Part shown: in pieces, positions 24,875-33,810 of the stretch
Position numbering within the stretch: the stretch's first letter is position 1
Layout: each line of letters begins with the position of its first letter
DNA from: Paramoeba atlantica
Taxonomy: Eukaryota > Protista > Discosea
DNA: 64,000 bases
Assembly: GCA_977017575.1 (NCBI GenBank)
Contig: CDRNVI010000189.1
Span: forward strand, 37,247-101,246
Direction of reading: 5' to 3'
Program-made: the position numbers and the translations under genes
Notes under the pieces: generated by a model
Database searches by the model: none
What the model saw: the letters and a program-made list of their open reading frames with translations, nothing else
What the model was told of the DNA's origin: nothing

Positions 24875-27800
24875 CCAAACACTCACAAAACAACAATAAT
24901 AATAAATAAATAAATAATAGAAAAAACAAAACAAAAGACCACGCGCAAGTCTCGTTCTCCCAGGTGGCCAAATTCTTGGAGAAGAAGAAGAACTCGAAAA
25001 TATTGAGATTGAAGCTCTTGAAGATGAGAGAGAGAGAGGAGAGAGAGAGAGAGATTTTGTGAAAGAGCATGATCCTGATGTTCATTTGATTGATCCAAAG
25101 ATTTCTGTGGAGCTTGAAACGTTCTATTTGGAACGATATGGTTTATTTGGATTTTTTTCTTTTTTCTTTCTTTTTTCTTTCTTGTTTTTTATTATTATTT
25201 TTTATTATTATTATTTCCTTTTTATTATTATTTACTTTATTTATTATTATTAATGTTTCCTGATCTATTCTTCCATTCCCCCTTCCAAAAAACCCTCTCA
25301 TCTTCTTCTTCTCCCTCTCCAAAAGGCCTCCTCGGGCTCACCCCAGACGAAATAATGCAATCACCCTCCCTAGGCCAAGCACTCCTAACCCGTACATCAA
25401 GAAACCCAAACCAAACCATCCTCGTTTGGATTGGTACAAAAGGAAATGAAGAAGAAAGTATTACAATTGGGGAGTTGGTTCGAAATGCGAAGTTGATTTG
25501 GGATGAGATGAAGAAGAAAGGGATCAAGAAGGGGGATCATGTTGCTTTGTGTTTTGCGCCGTGTTTGTTGTTTGCTCAGGCGTTTTTTGCCTGTGTTTTT
25601 GCAGGTTTTTTTATTTTTTGTTACAATCTTTCTTTCTTTTTGTTTTTGAAAATTAAATTTTTTTTCCCTTTTTTAATCTTATTTTCTAACTTACAAATAA
25701 ACTAATTTTTTTAAATCTTTAAATTAAAAAAAAATACAAAATAGGAGTTGTATGTGTCCCAGTATACCCACCAGAACCATCCGCAGCGTTCACAGTCACA
25801 AGATTTATAAATATTTGTCGAGATGCCGAGTGTAAATTGATTCTTTCTCACTTTATGTGTACTTCTAGAATTGAAAAAGTTGTTGATTTGGGACTTGGGA
25901 CTACGGGAGGAGAGAAAGGAGAGAAAGGGGAGAAAGAGGAGAAAGGAGAGAAAGGAGAGAAAGGAGAGAAAGGGGAAGGAGAAGAAAAAGGAGAAAAGAA
26001 AAACAAAGGATCAAACGGATTAGATCAATTCCAATGGTTAAATACCGATTTTGTCAAAGAAAAAAGGGAAGAAAGTTTTGATTTTGATTTTGAAATTGAG
26101 TCACAAAATCATGATTCGCTTTGTTTTTTGCAATTTACGAGTGGGTCCACTGGCTTTCCAAAAGGGGTTATGGTTCGCCATTTGGGGATTTTGTTGGAGT
26201 GTGTCTATTTGCCACCAGCTCGTTGTCACGCGCTTTGGCTTCCTCATGTTCATGATCTTGGTATGGCTCTAAATTTTTTGTTTATTTTATTTTATTGATT
26301 TTTCTTTTCTTTTCTTTTATTTTGTAAAAAAAAGGTGTTTAATTTTTTTTTTTCATAAATAGGGTTGCTTTGTTTAATTCAGGGGGTATTAATGAGCCAT
26401 AGAACATACTTAATGAGTCCTGTGACGTTTGTTCGAGCTCCTCCACTTTGGGTTTTTTTGTCAAGTGAAATTCGAGCGAATCAAATGATTGGTCCTAATT
26501 TTGCATTTGAGTTGTGTGCATTGAAGTTTCCACGTGAGGTTTGTTGTTGGATATCAGAATTATTATTTTTCTTTCTTTTCAGTCTAGAACTTTTTTGAAA
26601 AATTGTTCTCTTTTTTTTTATTCAATTTAATTCTAAAAATTAAACACTCGTTACAACAGGGACTAGACAAAATTGACCTCTCATCAATCCAATACGTCAC
26701 AAACGGAGGCGAACCAATGAAAAAAACAACAATCGATTTATTCACCAAAACATTCAGAAATTGTGGATTCATCGAAACAGGATTTGTAAATGGGATTGGG
26801 ATTGCTGAATTTACTCTTGCTTTGACATATCAACAAGCCACATACACTGAAATTATTATTGATGTTGCAGAATATAAGAAGAATGTTGTTGTTCCTGTTG
26901 GTAGTGGTGGTGGTTCTGGGGGTTCTGGGGGGGCGTTGAATTGTCTTTCTTTGATTGGTGCCACTCTTCATCCTGGTATTTTTTTATTATTTATTTTTAT
27001 TTATTTTTATTGATATTTATTTATTTTTATTTTTTTAAATTTTTATTATTGAATTTTATTTAAAAATTTTATTCAAATTTTTGACAACAAAATCTCTTCT
27101 GATTTTCCCCCTTCTCTTTCTTCTCTCTCTCCCTTCCAGATGTGACATCCGCAGTAGTCGATCCCGAAACAAAACAACGAGTCCAATCAGAACACCATAT
27201 CGGAGAAATATGGCTCCAAGGACCGACAATGACAAAAGGATATTATTTACAAGAACAAAAAACGGAAGAGACTTTTCGAGCCAAGATTTTGGGGGAAGAA
27301 GAGAGGGGTTGTTGGTTGAGGACTGGTGATTTGGGGTTTGTTATTGGGAGGAAGATTTATCTTTCTGGCAGATATAAGGTTTTTTTTGTTTTTTTGTTTT
27401 TGTTTTGTTTTTTTTGTTTTGTTTTTTTTTCTTTTTTGTTTGTTTTTTTTTTCTTTATTTTGATTATTTTATCTCTCTCTTCCTTATCTCTTCATAAAAA
27501 TAATTCTTTTCTTTTTCGTAGGATGTAATCATATTAAAAGGACAAAATTTCCACGCTGTAGATATTGAAGAAGTTACAAGAGCAGCTTCACCAGCCATTC
27601 GTCCTGGTTGTGTCTCTGCCTTTCATTTTACTCATAAAAGTTTTGATTGTGTTGGGATTGTTGCGGAGGTTTGTCTCTTCTTTCTCTCTCTCTTTCTTTT
27701 TTCTCTTTCTAAATTTTTTTTTGATTATTTTTTATTGCTTGTTCTCATTTTTGTCTGTGATAGGTGAAAAATGATCAAGCAGACGAAGCAGAATTAGAAC

Positions 27801-28033
27801 TTATTTGTCAGACAATCCAAACGGCATTGGCAACAAACATGGGAATCATTGTAAATCTCATTGTTTTAATTAAATGTCGCAGTATCCCTAAGACAACGAG
27901 TGGGAAATTGCAAAGAAGTTTGGCAAAGAAAATGTATTTTGAAAAGAAATTAAAGATTTTGTTTGAGAGGGAGTTGTATGATGAGGAAGAGGAAGATGAT
28001 GAAGATGATGAAGATGAGGAAGAAGAGGAATAA
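19030..28033 (+). CDS. Large multi-exon fusion: degenerate G-alpha-like domain, TKL pseudokinase, 5 ACP-like repeats, fatty acyl-AMP ligase
   Basis: GVKGSGKKT P-loop; ILFFTGYDLFKKKI; HPTITSFFGV..VMEYMEGGDL; WTAPEVL; GILLWEL; repeats such as ELGLSSLQMVGLQDAISKEFGV; LQFTSGSTGFPKGV; GPNFAFEL; GEIWLQG; LRTGDLG; IPKTTSGKLQR. Phase-compatible GT-AG introns were found at the junctions checked, including TGG|gt ~24788 to ag|AAA 24920. That this is a single transcript is inferred. Confidence 0.72.
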
Positions 28034-28145
28034 AAAAGAAAGGAATAGAAAAGTTTTTGGTTTCAAGACTGTAAAGTGAAATTATTATTTTTATTTTTAT
28101 TTTTTTGATTTTGAAATCTTAAGAGAGAGGGAGAAAGGAAAAAAA

Positions 28146-28222
28146 GAATAAAATTTTCACATCAACAAAATATCTCCAAAAATATTTCAGTTTTGATATT
28201 CTGTCTCATCATCTTCTCATTT
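28146..28222 (-). promoter_or_regulatory. SECIS element (type II), deiodinase copy 1
   Basis: Minus strand reads ATGA GACAGAATATC AAAA CTGAAA TAT TTTTGG A GATATTTTGTT GAT: AUGA/GA core, 11-bp helix II, AAAA bulge and apical mini-stem. Identical to the copy 2 element. Confidence 0.88.
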
Positions 28223-28347
28223 TCCAATTCTCCCTTTCAATCTCTTTTTCTCTTTTTCAATCAAACAAAAAAAGATCTTCTCTCTCTTTTCTCTTCTCTT
28301 CTTTCTTCTCTCTTCTTCTTTAATCTTCAATATTGTTTTCTTCTTTG

Positions 28348-29022
28348 TTAATTCTTTTTGAAATCTTTGATCCATTGTTTAAGAGAAGAAAGAGAATAAT
28401 GAAAAGGACCAACACCACCAACATAAACAATCTTACGATCTAAAACAACATACAATCGTTCAGGAAGAGCAGAAAACATCAAATCAACTCGGTTGTCCAT
28501 CAAATCAACAACCAATGGCCCTTCAACTTGATACTTTTCTTGAAATTCAAACGCAAGTTTCACTCTTTCTTCCATTGTTCGAGGTTGACAAAACGTAATC
28601 TCTGAATGGACATGCCATTCATCAATTGGATGAGCTTCTGAAATGTAAATGGTCACAAAATCAATCGATTTTTCAAATTCAATCACCAAGTTCCCAAAAT
28701 TTGCGATCTTGGCTGCGAATGGACCTCAGCTCATCGATCCGAAATTCAACACAAGAGGTCGATCTTTCTTCCCAAAAGTTTCAAATAATCTCACGTTTTG
28801 TTTTGATTTTGGGTCATACACTTCGATATCTTCTTCTCCAATTTCCATTCCAACACTCCAAGGGAACTGGTTTCTCGCTTCCAAGTTCAGAAGAAACCCT
28901 TTCATCTTCTCTTGATCCGTTTCGACTCGTTTGTCATTCTCTCGGCGGGGACAGGTCACTGATGGGTGATCTGCTTCGCAATAGAGGCATTGGCCTCCAC
29001 AATCGAGGTCTGGTAAACTCAT
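28348..29022 (-). CDS. DIO: Iodothyronine deiodinase-like selenoprotein, copy 1 (224 aa, Sec at codon 99)
   Basis: ORFs 28726..29022 and 28348..28689 are in one frame, separated only by TGA at 28726-28728. Reads RPLVLNFGSMS-U-GPF, then IYISEAHPIDEW, VDLMDN, ALPERLYVV and YVGGVGPFHY (DIO hallmarks). SECIS downstream. Confidence 0.92.
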
Positions 29023-29319
29023 TTCTCCCCTTTCTCAAGAAGAGGAAGAGAGAGGAAGAGAGAGGGGAGCAAACTGAAAACAGAAAACAAAAAATTGTTC
29101 TCACTACGAATCGAAATGGGGTATTTTCATTTTTATTATTTATTATTATTGTGCGAAAATAAAATATTAATTTTTTTTGAAAACCTGATAAAAAATCGAC
29201 TTGTTTTTGTGTTTTTTGTGGAGAGGAAAAAGAGTGCGAAGAGACAAGAAAAAAAGAAGAAAATAGCTTGAGAGATAAGAGATTCATTTCCTTCAGTTCA
29301 CTCATACAATCACGACCAC

Positions 29320-30075
29320 TTATGCCATCTGAAAAGTATAGAACTCGTCATCAGATGTAATGTCAAGATCGAGTATCTTGCACTTATTCGAGAAATCGGT
29401 GGGTGTTCCTTGAGGAAAGGGGGCCAGCTCCGGGAAACTACATTCCATATCAGGGTCATCCTCACCACAAAGCTCCGATTGATATTCGATTGTGACATCA
29501 CATGGGGAATCATCTGCGCAAGTGTAAAGAGTACAACCTGCGGGGTAATCATAAAGGCCTTGTGTTGCTTCAGTAATCTCAAGGAAAGGCTTGGACACTT
29601 CGATTGGTTTGCAGCCGCTATCTTGTGCGATGTCGTTGTAATAATCGGCTGAAAGAGAATGTTACTTTCAAGATCCATTTACAATGACGAAAAAAAAAAA
29701 AAGGAAGAGAAAAGAGAAAAGAAATATCCAACCAAATTCTTGAGTCACAAAGGCTAGGGCAGTTCTTTGGATAGAGAGAGTATGATTCAATAGAAAGCGC
29801 CAGTTTTGGTGGATTTGAACAAAATCAAGATTAGAAGTACCCACAATGACAACCTGCTCATTTTGCCATTTTGTATTGATTTTGCAACCTTCACATGGGT
29901 CAATATCCTTATTCTCTTCACGACCTTGACAAACACCACGAGAACGGGACGCTTCTTGATGGGGTAAAAGGGACCTGAACGAGAGGACCTCTTTCATACG
30001 GGAACGAATATCTTGTTCAGCCAAAGCAACCGCTGTGCAAAGGACAAAAAACAAAAGCAAAGACAAAGACTTCAT
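29320..30075 (-). CDS. Hypothetical secreted Cys-containing protein (2 exons)
   Basis: Signal peptide MKSLSLLLFFVLCTAVALA; a phase-1 intron joins QEF|ADYYND to ORF 29320..29598. No family recognised. Confidence 0.65.
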
Positions 30076-30389
30076 CGTACTTTGACAAGGAACTATGACA
30101 AAAGAAAGGTATGGGGTTGTTGTTGTTTGCAGGAGAGGAAAAAATAAAAACAACGTCAGGTGCAGTTCTTTTCGGGACAGGAGGAAAAAGAAAAGAAATT
30201 TCGCAATTGGGCCCTATTTTAAAAAAGGAAAGTCAAACGAATAGTTTTTGGGTCCGGAAAAACTTTTTTTTCTTTATGTTTAAAAAAAATTAGGTTTTTC
30301 GTTCTCCGAGGTGGATGGCACAACGGAAAACAAAAATGAGAAACACACACCAAATAGAGTTCATTTGAAATTTTTTGATTTTTTTTGTT

Positions 30390-31721
30390 TCATTTTTTTG
30401 GGCTATCGTTGAGGGGAATAGTACAAAGAACAGGATAATGATCAGAAGGATAAAAGCCATCTCTCCCTTCAAAGGTGACAACTCCAACCCAATCACAAAT
30501 TGTCATATCAGTATTTTCCCTCTCTCTTTGTAAAATCCAATCAATGTGCAAATCTTGAGGGAACAATGGAAAAGGGAAAGAACCAGGAGATATCAAATGG
30601 AGAAATGAGGTGAAAGTTCCCAACAAAGTTCTTTCATAAAAAGAAGAAAATTTGAGCCCAGAAAATCCATGAAAGGTTGTCGTTGTTGAAGCACATCTTT
30701 CAATATCCCCACCAGAATTATTATTCCCACCTCCAACCCACACATCCCTCCATTTTCCAAGTCCATCCAACCCCTTTCTTTCATCATGATCTTTGCTATT
30801 CGAATTTGAGAAGAGGATTTGGTGGATATCAGAGAGTCCAGATACTAATAAAGAGTGAGAATTTCCTCCTCGAACCGTATTAAAATCACCAGTTAAGAAA
30901 ACTCTTTCATTTGAAGGAGTTGGTAACATTTTTTCGATTTGTTTCGCGAGAAAGAACGTCTGCTGCATTCTTCCAAGCTCTGAAAAAGGATCGAGATGTG
31001 TATTGAAAACGTAAAAGGAGAAAGTAGGAGAAGAAAGAGAAGTAAATTTTCCCCATGTGCAAGATCGATGGAACCTTGCATTGGGAGAGAGAGACTGTTT
31101 GTGAGGAGTGGGAGAGAGAAAAAAGACTCCCGAGTCAATCATTTTGAGAGTTTGGGGATTGTACATGATTCCACTTTGTTCTTCTCCTCTTTGAAAGTAC
31201 GAGCGATAAGAGAGTGATTTGGCCAAAAAAGTGATGCTTCCTAAAATCAAAAGTCAAAAATAAAAAAAAGAAAAGAAAAAGAAAAGAAAAAGAAAAGAGA
31301 AAAGAAGTTTTCTTTTAATTTACAAACCATATTCTCCTTCTTGAAAACCAACAAAATCAGGACGAGTGGAACGAAGTAAATCAAGAGCTCTCTCTCTTCT
31401 CCCATTCAACCAATCATTCTGCGATCCGTCAACAATCCCTGCCCCTCTCATGTTATAACTCATAATTTTAAGAGAGGAATGAGGGAGAGAATGTCGAGGA
31501 GAACAATCTTGGTTTCGAGATGGTGTTGGAGGAGAAGAGAGAGAAAAGAGAAAAGAAGCGAAGATGAGACAAAGTATCAGAAAGAGAAGCGATCGGTAAT
31601 ACTTTTTTCGAAAAAGAGAAAGAAACAAGAAAATGAGAGGGGTGAAAATGAGAAGGAGGGCTGTGTTCCAAATGAGACCAATTCCCAATTTTTGGGTTCC
31701 TCTGATGATTATCTCGTTCAT
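30390..31721 (-). CDS. Endonuclease/exonuclease/phosphatase (EEP) family protein with N-terminal TM helices (2 exons)
   Basis: LKIMSYNMR, DFVGFQE, VFNTHLD, LTGDFN, HIDWIL and YPSDHYPV are the EEP catalytic motifs; hydrophobic N-terminus. Confidence 0.88.
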
Positions 31722-32305
31722 TTCTCTCTTTTTACTCTTTTATGTTTTGTACTCAGAAAAGAAAGGAAGATCAACTCCAGAACAAACTCGAAAAACAAAG
31801 TGGTAACGAAAAAAGAGGCTAGACTAAAACAAAGAAAGAATCCCAATGACAATCCCATCCACAAAACAAGTCGAAAAAAAAAGAAAAAACCAAAAAAGAA
31901 AAAACCAAAAAAGAGAGAGACGAAAAGAGGAAAGAGAAAACACGTGTTGGCTTTCCCCCAAAAATGAAACGGGATTTCAATGAAACGAAACACGATTTTC
32001 TTAGGTGAAAGAATTAGGGAAATAACTCTCACTCTTGTCTTATTTTCATTTCTTTTCTTCTCTTTTTCTCCTTTTTTTCTTCTATCTTCTTCACTCCTTT
32101 TTTCTTGCAACAAAAAAACGCAAAAAACAAGTCGATTTTTTTCGGGTATTCAAAAAAAAATTAATATTTTATTTTCACACAACAACAATAAATAATGAAA
32201 ATGAAAATACCCCATTTCGATTCGTAGTGAGAACAATTTTCTGTTTTCGGTTTGGCTCTTTTCCTCTCTCTTCCTCTCTCTTCCTCTTCTTGAGAAAGGG
32301 GAGAA

Positions 32306-32980
32306 ATGAGTTTACCAGACCTCGATTGTGGAGGCCAATGCCTCTATTGCGAAGCAGATCACCCATCAGTGACCTGTCCCCGCCGAGAGAATGACAAACG
32401 AGTCGAAACGGATCAAGAGAAGATGACTGAACACTTGAAGCTGGTCCAGTCTCGAAACCAGTTCCCTTGGAGTGTTGGAATGGAAATTGGAGAAGAAGAT
32501 ATCGAAGTGTATGACCCAAAATCAAAACAAAACGTGAGATTGTTTGAAACTTTTGGGAAGAAAGATCGACCTCTTGTGTTGAATTTCGGATCGATGAGCT
32601 GAGGTCCATTCGCAGCCAAGATCGCAAACTTTGGGAACTTGGTGATTGAATTTGAAAAATCGATTGATTTTGTGACCATTTACATTTCAGAAGCTCATCC
32701 AATCGATGAATGGCATGTCCATTCAGAGATTACGTTTTGTCAACCTCGAACAATGGAAGAAAGAGTGAAACTTGCGTTTGAATTTCAAGAAAAGTATCAA
32801 GTTGAAGGGCCATTGGTTGTTGATTTGATGGACAATCGAGTTGATTTGATGTTTTCTGCTCTTCCTGAACGATTGTATGTTGTTTTGGATCGTAAGATTG
32901 TTTATGTTGGTGGTGTTGGTCCTTTTCATTATTCTCTTTCTTCTCTTAAACAATGGATCAAAGATTTCAAAAAGAATTAA
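32306..32980 (+). CDS. DIO: Iodothyronine deiodinase-like selenoprotein, copy 2 (224 aa, Sec at codon 99)
   Basis: ORFs 32306..32602 and 32639..32980 are in one frame (offset 333 nt) with TGA at 32600-32602 in NFGSMS-U-GPF. Same DIO motifs as copy 1; SECIS downstream. Confidence 0.92.
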
Positions 32981-33150
32981 CAAAGAAGAAAACAATATTG
33001 AAGACTAAAGAAGAGAAAGAGAAGAGAGAAGAGAAGAGAAAAGAGAGAGAAGATAGAAGAAAGAGGAAAGAAGAGAGAAGATCTTTTTTTGTTTGATTGA
33101 AAAAGAGAAAAAGAGATTGAAAGGGAGTTCAGAGGAAGAGAGAATTGGAA

Positions 33151-33227
33151 AATGAGAAGATGATGAGACAGAATATCAAAACTGAAATATTTTTGGAGAT
33201 ATTTTGTTGATGTGAAAATTTTATTCT
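33151..33227 (+). promoter_or_regulatory. SECIS element (type II), deiodinase copy 2
   Basis: ATGA at 33163-33166. GACAGAATATC (33167-33177) pairs with GATATTTTGTT (33198-33208), followed by GA at 33209-33210. AAAA at 33178-33181. Mini-stem CTGAAA/TTTTGG. Helix I AATGAGA/TTTTATT. Confidence 0.9.
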
Positions 33228-33810
33228 TTTTTTCCTTTCTCCCTCTCTCTTTTCGAGACTCCAAAACTGGCATTTCCAAAATCAAAATAATAATTTCACT
33301 TTACAATCTTGAAACCAAAAACTGTTCTATTCCTTTCTTTTTTATTCCTCTTCTTCCTCATCTTCATCATCTTCACTCATCAGACAACTCCCTCTCAAAC
33401 AAAATCTTCAATTTCATCGAGATCTTCAACTTCGCGAGATTCTTTTCGATAATTTAAAAAAAAAACGATCACAAATCGAAAAACGCGTTCTTTTCTCTAT
33501 CCTTTTTCGAGTTGTGACACAAGGGGTCACAAAGACAGGAAGAAAACTCCAAAAAGAAATGGAACATTCTCAAACCAACCAGAAATTTCATTCCTTTGGA
33601 TAAGAGATCTCGATGGCCGCAAAATCGAGAAAAGAGAACAGAAAATTCGGGAATAAAAAGACCCAAAAAAAAGGGAACAGAAAAGAAAACCATTTCCAAA
33701 AATCCTTTTTCTGTTTTTCTCCAAAGCAGAAATTTTTAAATTTTTGCGGTTTTTATTTTTTGGTTTCGTTTCTTGCGCACAATTTTTCTTTTCTTTTGTG
33801 GTGGTCGAGG

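Larger units (their letters stand above)
27946..29250. repeat. Left arm of an inverted segmental duplication (partner ~32070-33415)
   Basis: Reverse complement of the right arm across the deiodinase CDS, its upstream region, the SECIS and the last ~85 nt of the FAAL CDS. The inner boundary is approximate. Confidence 0.88.
32070..33415. repeat. Right arm of the inverted segmental duplication (partner ~27946-29250)
   Basis: See left arm. It ends in a decayed antisense copy of the FAAL 3' end at ~33342-33415. Confidence 0.88.

Noticed and set aside
32576-32603. Intron removing the in-frame TGA (GT at 32576, AG at 32602-32603)
   Set aside because: It would be only 28 nt, shorter than the other inferred introns, is not a multiple of three, and would delete the conserved VLNFGS active-site motif.
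28348-32980. Deiodinase copies as pseudogenes or as genome-wide TGA reassignment
   Set aside because: The TGA is at the Sec position in both copies with intact frames and a SECIS, and TGA terminates other genes here.
27946-33415. Inverted arms as transposon terminal inverted repeats
   Set aside because: The arms contain whole host genes; I saw no transposase, target-site duplication or short TIR.
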